DNA of 64,000 nucleotides from Anaerohalosphaeraceae bacterium (lineage in GTDB: Bacteria > Planctomycetota > Phycisphaerae > Sedimentisphaerales > Anaerohalosphaeraceae). The position numbers and the translations under genes were made by a program. The stretch lies in NCBI GenBank assembly GCA_963675525.2, contig CAXXSL010000011.1:384001-448000 (forward strand), read 5' to 3'. Under the pieces are notes generated by a model, which saw only the letters and a list, made by a program, of their open reading frames with translations, ran no database searches and had not been told where the DNA came from. Of this stretch, positions 31,378-41,380 are shown piece after piece (position 1 is the stretch's first letter; the number at the start of each line of letters is the position of its first letter).

Positions 31378-32697
31378 CTAACTATCGAACTGAGGTTGGT
31401 GTTGGGTGCGTTTGGCTAAGTCGATGAAAGGCTCACCTTCGCTGACCTCTATGGTTAGATCCGACAGGTCGATGCCCGGCGCATTGCGTACGCGCATGCC
31501 GGTTTGGGCTGTGATCTTCACGTTCTTGAAGATAATGTTCTGCAGAGGACTTTCGTCCAGACCCTGAAGCAGGCCGGCACGCTCTCCGGAACCAACAACA
31601 TCCATGACCCTGATGTTTTTGAATACCGGCACGGCTTCCGGGGGGTAGGTGTCATTGGGCCAACTGCTGGACCCCCAGCGCATGTTAAAAATGATACAGT
31701 AAAGCATATCCTGAAAGGTGATGTTCCGAAAGGTAATATCTTCGACCGTCCCTCCGCGGCCCGGCGCAGTCTTGAGACGCAAGCCGTTACGCGCATCCCG
31801 CCCTGTACAGTTTTCCACGAGCACATGGCGAATGCCGCCTGCGGTTTCACTGCCCATGGAGACCATGCATCCGGCCGGCCCCAGGGTACAGTCCCGCACG
31901 ACAATGTATTCGCTGGGACGGTTAACGCGCAGGCCGTCGGCATCGCGTCCGGATTTGACGGAGATACAGTCGTCGTCACAGGCAATGTCACAATTGCGTA
32001 TCAGTACGTGACGGCAGGAGTCAATGTCAATGCCGTCCGAACTCAAGGCGCCGCGTGGGGCCCGAATGGTAAGATGCTCGGCCCGTACATTCTCGCAGTA
32101 GACAAAATGCAGATTCCAAAAAGCGGGATTCTGCAAGGTCAGTTTTTCCACCAATACATCGCGACATTCGTACAAACAGATCAGGCGAGGGCGGGTTTCC
32201 AGTTCGTAGCCTTCATAGGTTTCGCCTGCACGACGGGCATTGTAGGCTTTCCACCAGGGTTGTCCGGAGCCGTCAATCGTACCGGTACCGGTCAGGGTCA
32301 CATCGTGCAGGCCCCGGCCGTTAAGCAGGGCCGCGGCGTATTTACGCTCGGTACCTTCAAAGCGGGTGTCAATTTGGGGATAGTCGTTGACATCGGTTGA
32401 GCCTTTGAGGATTGCTCCCGGCTCGAATTGCAGGACCACATGATCGCCTTTGATAAATAGCGCACCGCTCAGGTATGTCCCGGCCGGGAAGAGTACTGTA
32501 CCGCCACCTCGTTGGGCACAGACGTCCAGGGCACGTTGTAATGCTGCGGTGTCCAGGGTTCGGCCGTCACCGGCGGCGCCGTATGTACGGATATTAATGA
32601 TGTCGGATGTGAGTACGTCAGGTGTATCGGACACAGCGGACCAAGCCGTAGCACAGCACATAATGCACGCTGTGAGGGTGGGTATACGTTGGATCAT
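31378..32697 (-). CDS. GH28 polygalacturonase-family glycoside hydrolase
   Basis: YGAAGDG, GTIDGSG, SDGIDID, DDCISVKSG and LRLKT motifs, with a signal peptide. Confidence 0.92.
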   Translation of the reverse strand: MIQRIPTLTACIMCCATAWSAVSDTPDVLTSDIINIRTYGAAGDGRTLDTAALQRALDVCAQRGGGTVLFPAGTYLSGALFIKGDHVVLQFEPGAILKGSTDVNDYPQIDTRFEGTERKYAAALLNGRGLHDVTLTGTGTIDGSGQPWWKAYNARRAGETYEGYELETRPRLICLYECRDVLVEKLTLQNPAFWNLHFVYCENVRAEHLTIRAPRGALSSDGIDIDSCRHVLIRNCDIACDDDCISVKSGRDADGLRVNRPSEYIVVRDCTLGPAGCMVSMGSETAGGIRHVLVENCTGRDARNGLRLKTAPGRGGTVEDITFRNITFQDMLYCIIFNMRWGSSSWPNDTYPPEAVPVFKNIRVMDVVGSGERAGLLQGLDESPLQNIIFKNVKITAQTGMRVRNAPGIDLSDLTIEVSEGEPFIDLAKRTQHQPQFDS

Positions 32698-32710
32698 GGG
32701 TATTACCTCG

Positions 32711-34147
32711 TTAGCTTTCCTTAGACAGGGGCCAATTAAGAGACTCGGTGCGAGCTGTCTTCAAATACGTTTCGATTTGCTTAATGACCTCCGGGTGTTC
32801 GGCGGCGACGTTATTTTGTTCCCCGATATCCCGGGAAAGGTCGTAGAGTTCCAAGGGTTGACCGCGTTTTAGACTGAGGGCCTTCCACTTGCCCCATCGC
32901 ACAGCCTGCTGGAAACCGCTTTCAAAATATTCCCAATACAGGAAGCGGTCTCCCATATTTTTTTTCTGACCGGTCAGTACGGGCATGACACTGATACCGT
33001 CAGTATTGGCAGGTACTTTCGCATGGCCCACATCTGCGACCGTGGCCATGACATCTGCAAAGTACCAGGGCATGTCACTGGTCGTGCCTGGTTTAACCGT
33101 ACCCGGCCAGCGGGCGATCATGGGCACGCGAATGCCGCCCTCATACAGGTCACGCTTATAACCGCGCAACGGGCCGTTGGAGTCAAAGAAGTTGGAAACT
33201 TCGGTCTGAATCTCGCGGGGTTCGGAACGCGGGCCATTGTCCGAACAGAATAGGACGAGCGTATTTTCATCAAGCCCCATGTCTTGGATCGATTGCATCA
33301 GTCGCTCGATGTTTTGATCCAGACGGTGGATCATAGCCGCATAAATCTTGCAATGCTGGGGCCAGTTCATGTCTCTGTACGGCCCCAGATCCGGTACTTC
33401 CAGGGGGCTGTGCGGATTGTTGTAGGCCAGATACAGGAAGAAAGGGGCTTTCTTGTTCTTCTTTAAAAAGGCAATCGCCTCATCCGTACATAGATCAGTG
33501 GTGTAGCGCTGTTGTTGACCATTTGCATTTTCCGGGACATCGACCAATTCTCGATCGATCACGCGCTGTTCCGGATAATACCCGCCTGTACGTGCGGCAT
33601 TGATGAGCCAACCACTAAATTCGTCGAAGCCGCGGTCCATGGGACCTGCCTTGGGGTCATAGGCGCCTAAGTGCCACTTACCGACAATGCCGGTTCGATA
33701 GCCGGCCTGCTGCATGACGTGACCGATCGTGATATCCTCATCGGTCAGGCACACACGCCGCACCTGGCGCGTACCCTTGTAGCCAACAACCCCGCCCACC
33801 GGACACATATTGCCGCGCACGCGCGTATGGCCCGTGTGTTGGCCGGTCATGAGCACACTGCGAGACGGCGCGCAGATCGTTGAGCCCGAATAACAGTCTG
33901 TAAAACGGATCCCTTCCCGGGCCAGTTTATCGATGTTCGGCGTCGCCATGCGCTGCTGCCCATAGCAGCCCAGGTCACCATAGCCCATGTCGTCGGCCAT
34001 CACAAAGATGATATTAGGTCGATTTCCTGCCTCATCCGCCTTCGTAAATCTTATGGGCAGGGCCATGACGGCGGTCCCCCAAACCATCTGCTGCAGGAAG
34101 CGGCGTCGATCCGAAATATGTGCTGGGTCATGCATGTCAACCTCCAT
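32711..34147 (-). CDS. Tat-exported formylglycine-dependent sulfatase
   Basis: RRRFL twin-arginine motif, PNIIFVMADDMG, CAPSR (CxPxR), GKWHLG, SDNG and LYEGGIRVP. Confidence 0.95.
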   Translation of the reverse strand: MEVDMHDPAHISDRRRFLQQMVWGTAVMALPIRFTKADEAGNRPNIIFVMADDMGYGDLGCYGQQRMATPNIDKLAREGIRFTDCYSGSTICAPSRSVLMTGQHTGHTRVRGNMCPVGGVVGYKGTRQVRRVCLTDEDITIGHVMQQAGYRTGIVGKWHLGAYDPKAGPMDRGFDEFSGWLINAARTGGYYPEQRVIDRELVDVPENANGQQQRYTTDLCTDEAIAFLKKNKKAPFFLYLAYNNPHSPLEVPDLGPYRDMNWPQHCKIYAAMIHRLDQNIERLMQSIQDMGLDENTLVLFCSDNGPRSEPREIQTEVSNFFDSNGPLRGYKRDLYEGGIRVPMIARWPGTVKPGTTSDMPWYFADVMATVADVGHAKVPANTDGISVMPVLTGQKKNMGDRFLYWEYFESGFQQAVRWGKWKALSLKRGQPLELYDLSRDIGEQNNVAAEHPEVIKQIETYLKTARTESLNWPLSKES

Positions 34148-34240
34148 CTATATTTAATATGTACATACAAAAACTATATGCCATGCAGGGTAATCACCCA
34201 CGCCCTGAAATTCAAGGTCATTTTAGGAGAGATGAATGAA

Positions 34241-34273
34241 AAAGCACGGTCTGACCTTGTCAGGCCGTGCTTT
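34241..34273 (-). terminator. Orphan terminator-like hairpin between the divergent sulfatase and leuS genes
   Basis: 15-bp stem AAAGCACGGTCTGAC/GTCAGGCCGTGCTTT with a T-run on the minus strand. Confidence 0.6.
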
Positions 34274-34324
34274 CTTATTATCTGAACCACTCCTGCCTCG
34301 AAAAATTGCCCTTCCAAATCCCCC

Positions 34325-34352
34325 TTGCCCTTTGAGGGCAATCGAGTATAAT
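34325..34352 (+). promoter_or_regulatory. Sigma70-type promoter of leuS
   Basis: TTGCCC-16 nt-TATAAT. The -35 box lies within the palindrome TTGCCCT-TTG-AGGGCAA. Confidence 0.55.
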
Positions 34353-34410
34353 GTGTTTTTTATTAAGCAAAAAGACACGACAACAACAATTTAACGAGAT
34401 ATGACACACT

Positions 34411-36966
34411 ATGGATGCGATTGAAAAGGGACGCTACGATTTTAACGCCATCGAGCCTAAATGGCAGAACGTCTGGCAGACAAACAAGACATTTAAAACG
34501 CCGGACACCTCGGACAAACCCAAATACTACGTGCTGGACATGTTCCCGTACCCATCCGGGGCGGGCCTGCATGTCGGCCATCCGGAAGGCTACACCGCCA
34601 GCGACATCGTCAGCCGCTACAAACGGATGCGGGGCTTTAACGTACTGCACCCGATGGGCTGGGATGCATTCGGCCTGCCCGCCGAGCAATATGCCGTTCA
34701 AACCGGCACGCACCCGGCCGTTACCACGCAAAAAAACATCGACAACATGCGCCGCCAGATTCAGTCGCTGGGCTTTTCCTACGACTGGGACCGCGAGGTC
34801 AACACCACCGACGTTAACTATGTTAGATGGACACAGTGGATTTTTCTGAAATTCTTCAATAGCTGGTTCGATGATGAGCAGCAAAAGGCACGACCGATTG
34901 ACGAGTTGCCGATACCGGACGGACTAAACGGCCAGGCAAAAGAAAAATACATCCGGGACCACCGCCTTGCCTATGAATCCGAAGCGCCGGTCAACTGGTG
35001 TCCTGCGTTGGGCACGGTACTGGCCAATGAAGAAGTTATCGGCGGCGTGAGCGAACGCGGCGGCCATCCGGTCATCCGCAAACCCATGCGGCAGTGGATG
35101 CTCCGCATTACAAAATACACCGAACGCCTGCTGGACGGGCTGGACAAGTTGGACTGGTCACCATCGATCAAAAAACTACAATCTGACTGGATCGGCAAGA
35201 GCATTGGCGCCGAAGTCGATTTCAAACTCGACGGCCGCGATGAGGTGATTCGTGTGTTCACGACCCGCCCGGACACATTGTTCGGTGCGACCTATATGGT
35301 CATGGCACCGGAACACAATCTCGTCGATGAAATCACAACCGATGAATACAAAGCCAAAGTCGAAGCGTACAAGGAAACCGCGTCGAAGAAAAGCGACATG
35401 GACCGCACTGATCTGGCCAAGGACAAATCCGGCCAATTCACCGGGGCCTATGCAATTAATCCGGTCAACGGCGAAAAGATTCCCATCTGGATCAGCGACT
35501 ATGTGCTCATCAGCTACGGAACCGGTGCCATCATGGCCGTACCTGCGCATGACGAACGCGACTTTGAATTCGCCACGAAGTTTGAGCTGCCGATTATTCA
35601 GGTTGTCCAGCCGGAGAATCCCGACGACGCCAAGTTGTGTCAGGAAGGCAAGTTGTGTTTTGCCGGCGATGGAACCGCTATCAACTCCGGCAAGTTTACC
35701 GGATTGAAAACACCCGAATTCAAAGAAAAAATCGCCACATGGCTGACCGAAAAGAATCTTGGTAAAAAGGCCGTCAACTATAAATTGCGTGACTGGCTGT
35801 TCAGCCGCCAGCGATATTGGGGCGAACCGTTCCCTATTCTGCATACCGAAGACGGCCGGGTGATTGCACTGGATGAAAGCGAATTGCCGCTTCAGTTGCC
35901 CGCTCTGGAAGACTACAAGCCGTCCGAATCCGGCGAGCCGCCATTGGCGAAAGCAACCGACTGGGTTAATGTCACACTGCCCGACGGCACGAAGGCCAGA
36001 CGCGAAACGAATACCATGCCGCAATGGGCCGGAAGCTGCTGGTACTACCTGCGGTATATGGACCCGAAGAACCCCGACGCACCGGTCAATTTTGAAAAGC
36101 AGAAATACTGGCTGCCCATTGACCTGTACATCGGCGGCGCCGAACACGCGGTATTGCACCTCTTGTACTCCCGCTTCTGGCACAAACTGCTGTTCGACCT
36201 GGGCTACGTCACCACGCAGGAACCGTATCAAAAGCTCATCAATCAGGGTATGATTCTCGGTTCGGACAACCAGAAGATGAGCAAGTCCCGCGGAAACGTT
36301 ATTAATCCCGACGATGTTGTGAACCAATACGGGGCCGATTCGATGCGGCTGTATGAAATGTTCATGGGGCCTTTGGAAGCGACGAAACCGTGGTCGATGA
36401 ATGGCGTCGAAGGCGTCCACCGCTTCCTGCAGCGTGTGTGGCGCATGATTATCGATACCGAAACCGGTAACGTGATGGACTGTGTAAAGGAAACGCAAGC
36501 CGACGAAGCGACACTGCGTATTTTGCATCAGACGATCAAAAAGGTAACCGAAGACATCGACGGATTCGCGTTTAATACCGCCATCAGCCAGATGATGATT
36601 TTTATCAATCATATGAGCAAACAGGAAACGCGCTCCAAAGACGTGATCGAAAAATTCGTACGAATCCTGTCGCCGTTTGCCCCGCATATCGCCGAAGAGC
36701 TCTGGCAGAAACTGGGCCACGATGAATCTCTGGCATATCAGCCGTGGCCGGCATTTGATGCGGAGTTGACAAAAGAAAAAGAAATTGAATTGGCCGTGCA
36801 GGTACTCGGCAAAATCAAGGACAAGATCACCATCGCCGCTGATGCAAGCGAAGAGCAGATTAAAGCATTGGCACTGGCCAGCGAAAAAGTGCAGGCAGCC
36901 ATGAACGGCAAGAAGGCCAAAAAAGTAATCGTGATCAAATCACGACTGGTCAATATCGTTGTTTAA
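34411..36966 (+). CDS. leuS: Leucine-tRNA ligase
   Basis: [30 protein letters not shown] and KMSKS motifs. Confidence 0.98.
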   Translation: MDAIEKGRYDFNAIEPKWQNVWQTNKTFKTPDTSDKPKYYVLDMFPYPSGAGLHVGHPEGYTASDIVSRYKRMRGFNVLHPMGWDAFGLPAEQYAVQTGTHPAVTTQKNIDNMRRQIQSLGFSYDWDREVNTTDVNYVRWTQWIFLKFFNSWFDDEQQKARPIDELPIPDGLNGQAKEKYIRDHRLAYESEAPVNWCPALGTVLANEEVIGGVSERGGHPVIRKPMRQWMLRITKYTERLLDGLDKLDWSPSIKKLQSDWIGKSIGAEVDFKLDGRDEVIRVFTTRPDTLFGATYMVMAPEHNLVDEITTDEYKAKVEAYKETASKKSDMDRTDLAKDKSGQFTGAYAINPVNGEKIPIWISDYVLISYGTGAIMAVPAHDERDFEFATKFELPIIQVVQPENPDDAKLCQEGKLCFAGDGTAINSGKFTGLKTPEFKEKIATWLTEKNLGKKAVNYKLRDWLFSRQRYWGEPFPILHTEDGRVIALDESELPLQLPALEDYKPSESGEPPLAKATDWVNVTLPDGTKARRETNTMPQWAGSCWYYLRYMDPKNPDAPVNFEKQKYWLPIDLYIGGAEHAVLHLLYSRFWHKLLFDLGYVTTQEPYQKLINQGMILGSDNQKMSKSRGNVINPDDVVNQYGADSMRLYEMFMGPLEATKPWSMNGVEGVHRFLQRVWRMIIDTETGNVMDCVKETQADEATLRILHQTIKKVTEDIDGFAFNTAISQMMIFINHMSKQETRSKDVIEKFVRILSPFAPHIAEELWQKLGHDESLAYQPWPAFDAELTKEKEIELAVQVLGKIKDKITIAADASEEQIKALALASEKVQAAMNGKKAKKVIVIKSRLVNIVV

Positions 36967-37021
36967 TGACGTATTTTTGAGAAGAACGAAATCGAAGGGC
37001 GTTATTAAAAGGAAACCTATC

Positions 37022-37507
37022 ATGAAGAACCCATACGAATCAGAAACAGGCTGTTGTCCGCGGTTTGATCCTGAACCGTGGGATGAAAAAGAATTTCAAT
37101 GGCAGGATAAATTGTTTATTAAAGACAGCGTACGGTGCCTTTTTTACATACCGCTGAATTTCGGCAAGGTAATGATTCGCTGTATGGACAAAATCGAGAA
37201 GGCGGATGCGTTTACGCCGGAGCCGCCGCTGGGATTGAGCGACCATACGTCGCGGTGGAACATGGACCTTTATCTCGAAGTGACCAAGGAAGTCCCGGAC
37301 GCCGAAAACGTCAAGCTCAGCGGAACCTATTTGTCAAAGGTTTTTGAGGGTCCGTATAAAGACACGCGAATCTGGTGTCAACAAATGGCCGAATGGGTAA
37401 ACGCACAAGGCAAGGAAATCAAAAAGCATTTAATGTATTATACAACGTGCCCGAAGTGTGCCAAACATTACGGCAAAAATTATGTTGTGTACTTTGCGCA
37501 GGTGTAG
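37022..37507 (+). CDS. Conserved hypothetical protein, possibly GyrI-like fold, with CCP and CPKC motifs
   Basis: ATG 37022 with an AAGGA SD. GCCPRFDP, VFEGPYK and YYTTCPKCAKHYGKNY motifs. Confidence 0.7.
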   Translation: MKNPYESETGCCPRFDPEPWDEKEFQWQDKLFIKDSVRCLFYIPLNFGKVMIRCMDKIEKADAFTPEPPLGLSDHTSRWNMDLYLEVTKEVPDAENVKLSGTYLSKVFEGPYKDTRIWCQQMAEWVNAQGKEIKKHLMYYTTCPKCAKHYGKNYVVYFAQV

Positions 37508-37527
37508 TTATTTAAAATAGGCCGTCT

Positions 37528-38076
37528 ATGCCGGTAAAAATTAATCACGAAATAGAAGCAAAAATCAAAGTACCCGCTCTTGGGCCGGTCGCTGACACGC
37601 TCAAAGAGCTTGGCGCCGAGCCCCTGCATGAAGCTCGTCAGGTCGATACCTATTTTATGGACCTGCACAAACTGCTGCACAAAAATGACTGCGGCTTGCG
37701 AATCCGTCAGGAGACTGTTGGTACTCAACAAACGGCAATGATCACCTTCAAAGGCGCACGAGACAAAGGAAAATACAAATCTCGGCCGGAATACGAGACC
37801 GGCATCAGCGATGTGGCTTCTATGGAGAAGATATTTGAGTCCTTGGGTTACACCAAACGCATCACACTCGAAAAAACCCGTTCGGTCTGGCAACTCGATT
37901 GCTGTTGCGTCTGCCTGGATGAACTGTCCCGCTTGGGCTGCTTTGTCGAGGTCGAAGGTCCTGACGAAAATACCATCACAGACGTATTGACAAAGCTGGG
38001 CCTGCAGGACGAACCGCATATTTCAAAAGGCTATGCCTCGATGATGGCCCACAAACTGAAACTGGAAGGCAAGTAG
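37528..38076 (+). CDS. cyaB: CYTH-domain protein (class IV adenylate cyclase family)
   Basis: EIEAK (ExExK), QVDTYF, LRIR, TFKG, EYET, FVEVE and GY motifs. Confidence 0.85.
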   Translation: MPVKINHEIEAKIKVPALGPVADTLKELGAEPLHEARQVDTYFMDLHKLLHKNDCGLRIRQETVGTQQTAMITFKGARDKGKYKSRPEYETGISDVASMEKIFESLGYTKRITLEKTRSVWQLDCCCVCLDELSRLGCFVEVEGPDENTITDVLTKLGLQDEPHISKGYASMMAHKLKLEGK

Positions 38077-38083
38077 AAACAAG

Positions 38084-39028
38084 ATGGATCCTAAAGACGG
38101 ATATATCCAATATATTGTCAATCCCAAGTCCGGGGCCAGCAGCGGCAAACACCTGGTCACTCAACTGAAGGATTACCTGATCGAAAAAGGCTACGATGTC
38201 CGGGTCGAACTGACCGAATCACTAAATCATGCCTGTGATCTGGCAACCCAGGCGGCCGTGGATTTTCAATGCGCGCTGGTGGTCGCCGCTGGCGGCGACG
38301 GAACCATTCGCGAAGTTCTGCATGGGCTCGAAGGCAGCAACAAACTGTTCCTGCCGATCCCCTGCGGCACTGAAAACCTGCTGGCCAACGAACTGGGGTT
38401 CGACCTGAATATCGAAACCCTCATTCGTGCCTTCGAAGGCAGCACCATCCGCCCACTGGACCTGGGCACCGCCAACGAAAGGTGTTTTACCTCCGTCATT
38501 GGCTTCGGCTTTGACGGACAGGTCATCCACCGCATCAGCGCCATCCGCACCGGCCACATCAGTCACCTGTTCTATTTCTGGCCCATTTGGCGAACTTTCT
38601 GGGAATACACCTTCCCATCCATGAAGGTTATCGCCGACGGCAAAGAAATATTCAACGGCCCGGGGCTGATCTTTGTCGGCAATATTTCCCGCTATGCCAT
38701 CGGGCTGAGCATCTGTAAGGACGCTGACTTCGGTGACGGCCTTCTGGATATATGCATCTTCCGCTGTCATGGACAACTGCCGCTGATGATGCACGCCGTC
38801 AAAGCGGTCGTGAAGAAACATACTAAGTGCAAAAATGTTATTTATACACAAGCCGCCTCCATTCGGGTCGAATCGGCCGATGAACCGATCTACAGCCAGA
38901 TTGACGGTGACCCCGGCCCGGCAATGCCCGTCGATATCAAGGTCATCCCGCAAGCCATTCGCGTCTTGGTTCCGCCGGGGGCCAAACCCGCGGGGATTCG
39001 AACACGCTTGCGAAGAATGATCGGATAA
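38084..39028 (+). CDS. YegS/BmrU diacylglycerol-kinase-family lipid kinase
   Basis: NPKSG, GGDGT, PCGTEN and QIDGD motifs. Confidence 0.9.
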   Translation: MDPKDGYIQYIVNPKSGASSGKHLVTQLKDYLIEKGYDVRVELTESLNHACDLATQAAVDFQCALVVAAGGDGTIREVLHGLEGSNKLFLPIPCGTENLLANELGFDLNIETLIRAFEGSTIRPLDLGTANERCFTSVIGFGFDGQVIHRISAIRTGHISHLFYFWPIWRTFWEYTFPSMKVIADGKEIFNGPGLIFVGNISRYAIGLSICKDADFGDGLLDICIFRCHGQLPLMMHAVKAVVKKHTKCKNVIYTQAASIRVESADEPIYSQIDGDPGPAMPVDIKVIPQAIRVLVPPGAKPAGIRTRLRRMIG

Positions 39029-39052
39029 TCAAATTTTCAAAAAGGCTAAATA

Positions 39053-39874
39053 ATGAGCAGTTTTCAGATCGGAGAGATTCAAGTCGGGCTTAAGGGTGAT
39101 TTTTTCATCATCGCCGGACCGTGTGTCATTGAAAGTCAATCGCTCTGCGAGCAGATCGCCGAGTTTCTGGTGGACCTCCAAAAAAGGTCCGGCGTCAAGT
39201 GCGTTTTCAAGGCCAGTTTCGACAAGGCCAATCGCACCAGCATCGAAAGCTTCCGCGGGCCGGGACTGGAAAAGGGATTAAAGATTCTCGACGGTATCCG
39301 CGAAAAAACCGGCCTGCCGATTTTGACTGACGTTCATGAGGCCGCGCAGGCTAAAGCTGTCGGCCAAGTGGTTGACTGCCTTCAAATCCCGGCGTTCCTG
39401 TGCCGCCAGACTGACCTGCTGGTCGCCTGCGGCAAGACGGGTAAACCGGTCAACATCAAAAAGGGCCAGTTCGTCAGTCCAGATGAAATGAAAAACTGCG
39501 TCGGCAAAGTGCGTTCCACCGGCAACGAAAAAATCCTGCTGACCGAACGCGGCACATTCTTCGGCTACAATCGACTGGTCAATGACATGACCACCATCCC
39601 CGCCATGCAGCAATTGGGCTGCCCCGTCGTGTTTGACACGACCCACAGCACCCAGCGTCCCGGCGGACTGGGAAACGCCAGTGCCGGAATGCCCGACATG
39701 GCCCCGGTCCTCGCCAGAGCCGCCGTCGCCGCAGGTGCCAACGCCCTGTTCATGGAAATCCACTCCGACCCGGCTAATGCGCTTTGTGATGCGGCCTGTA
39801 TGCTGGCTCTTGAAAACGTTCCGCCGCTGGTCGAATCCTGTAAACAAATTTTCGATATCGTTCAAAACCGGTAA
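39053..39874 (+). CDS. kdsA: KDO-8-phosphate synthase
   Basis: AGPCVIES, KASFDKANRTS, QIPAFLCRQTDL and ERG motifs. Confidence 0.97.
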   Translation: MSSFQIGEIQVGLKGDFFIIAGPCVIESQSLCEQIAEFLVDLQKRSGVKCVFKASFDKANRTSIESFRGPGLEKGLKILDGIREKTGLPILTDVHEAAQAKAVGQVVDCLQIPAFLCRQTDLLVACGKTGKPVNIKKGQFVSPDEMKNCVGKVRSTGNEKILLTERGTFFGYNRLVNDMTTIPAMQQLGCPVVFDTTHSTQRPGGLGNASAGMPDMAPVLARAAVAAGANALFMEIHSDPANALCDAACMLALENVPPLVESCKQIFDIVQNR

Positions 39875-39882
39875 TCACCACG

Positions 39883-40818
39883 ATGACAAATACAGCCTAC
39901 CACTATTTGTTCGGCCCCGTGCCCTCCCGCAGACTGGGACGCAGTCTGGGCGTAGACATTGTGCCGATGAAGACCTGCACCCAAAACTGCATCTACTGCC
40001 AACTCGGCAAAGACGCCCCGCAGGCGATCGAACGCAAAGAATATGTCCCCATCGATGCCGTACTTGATGAACTGAAACGTAAGATCGCCGAAGGTCTCGA
40101 AACCGACGTCGTCACCATCAGCGGTTCCGGCGAACCAACCCTCAACAGTGGACTCGGCAAACTCATCGACGGGATCAAACAACTCATCGATGCCCCCGTC
40201 GTTGTCATCACCAACGGCACCCTGCTGAGCTGGGTCGATGTCCGGAAGGACTGCGCTAAAGCCGATATCGTCATGCCATCACTGGACGCCGGAGACCCCG
40301 AAACCTTCGAAACGATGAACCACCCGCATCCGGATATTGACTTTGATGTCTTCGTCGAAGGGCTGTGCCGGTTTCGACAGGAATACAGCGGACCCATCTG
40401 GCTGGAGGTCTTTTTCTGTGAAGGCATCAATACGGACCCAGAATCTATTCGGAAAATAAAAGAACAAATCACCCGTATAAGCCCCAACAAGATTCAACTC
40501 AACACCTCGGTTCGTCCGGTCACTCACTCCGAAGCGGCCCGCGTCAGCCCGGAAAAAATGAACGAGATCGCCCAACAGCTTGGGGATTCGGTCGAAGTGA
40601 TCGCCGATTTTTCCAAACACGTCAGCGACACCCCCCTGGCCGACGAAAAACAGGCCATCCTCGATATGCTCCGCCGGAGACCCTGTTCGCTGGACAACAT
40701 CTGCGACGGATTGGGCATCCATCCTGCCGCCGCCCTGAAAGCAGTTCAGCAGCTTTTGGAGGCATCACGGATCGAAGCGGAACAAAAAAATCAGATAACA
40801 TTCTACAAAACCCGATAA
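39883..40818 (+). CDS. Radical SAM protein (TYW1/wyosine-synthase-like group) with a possible C-terminal winged helix
   Basis: FGPVPSRRLGRSLG, CTQNCIYC and GSGEPTL motifs. Confidence 0.9.
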   Translation: MTNTAYHYLFGPVPSRRLGRSLGVDIVPMKTCTQNCIYCQLGKDAPQAIERKEYVPIDAVLDELKRKIAEGLETDVVTISGSGEPTLNSGLGKLIDGIKQLIDAPVVVITNGTLLSWVDVRKDCAKADIVMPSLDAGDPETFETMNHPHPDIDFDVFVEGLCRFRQEYSGPIWLEVFFCEGINTDPESIRKIKEQITRISPNKIQLNTSVRPVTHSEAARVSPEKMNEIAQQLGDSVEVIADFSKHVSDTPLADEKQAILDMLRRRPCSLDNICDGLGIHPAAALKAVQQLLEASRIEAEQKNQITFYKTR

Positions 40819-41063
40819 AATAACCGCTGCATCCTCTTTTTTTTACTATATTGCCACGGCTTGTTATGGGACGAATCAAAAACACCCCCTGTTTGAGCAC
40901 TTTTTCTAATTTCTTTTTAAGGACTTTGAGTTATCGGTCGATATAAAAGGTAAGGAAATTCGCTCTGCGAGACATTTCTTTGCATTTTTGAGCGTGACTT
41001 ACGCAGAAACGTTAATTTTCTCCCGGTTGAAACAGGAACAGGATTTTTACTTTCAGGTATCCC

Positions 41064-41315
41064 ATGGAAGAGATTAAGAAACAACTTGTTTTGAACAAAG
41101 GTTCGGAAAAATATATTTTCCGTTATGATAAAGGCTGTGAAGGTCAATTGCTGGATGCACTGGTCGCAACCGCAACGGACAACAAAACGGATTTTGACTG
41201 GTTTGATGCGGCAGTTCTGAGCTTTAAGCTGACCCAGTCACTGATCCACCAGGCCGATGAGCTTTTGTATAAGGACTTAAACGATCCTCTGCAGACGTAT
41301 GAGCAGGGATATTAA
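41064..41315 (+). CDS. Small hypothetical protein upstream of xerC
   Basis: 83-aa ORF with KG.EKYIFRY and FDWFDAAVLS. It resembles a planctomycete family as I recall it (unverified). Confidence 0.75.
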   Translation: MEEIKKQLVLNKGSEKYIFRYDKGCEGQLLDALVATATDNKTDFDWFDAAVLSFKLTQSLIHQADELLYKDLNDPLQTYEQGY

Positions 41316-41380
41316 TTTTTCAGGCCCTTACAGCCTGTCGTATCCGAAGTTCCACTATTGATGTAAAGAAGGGAATTGTC

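Noticed and set aside
31504..32400. 298-aa plus-strand ORF
   Set aside because: Antisense shadow of the GH28 gene.
35176..36720. 514-aa antisense ORF
   Set aside because: Shadow of leuS on the opposite strand, with no recognisable motifs.
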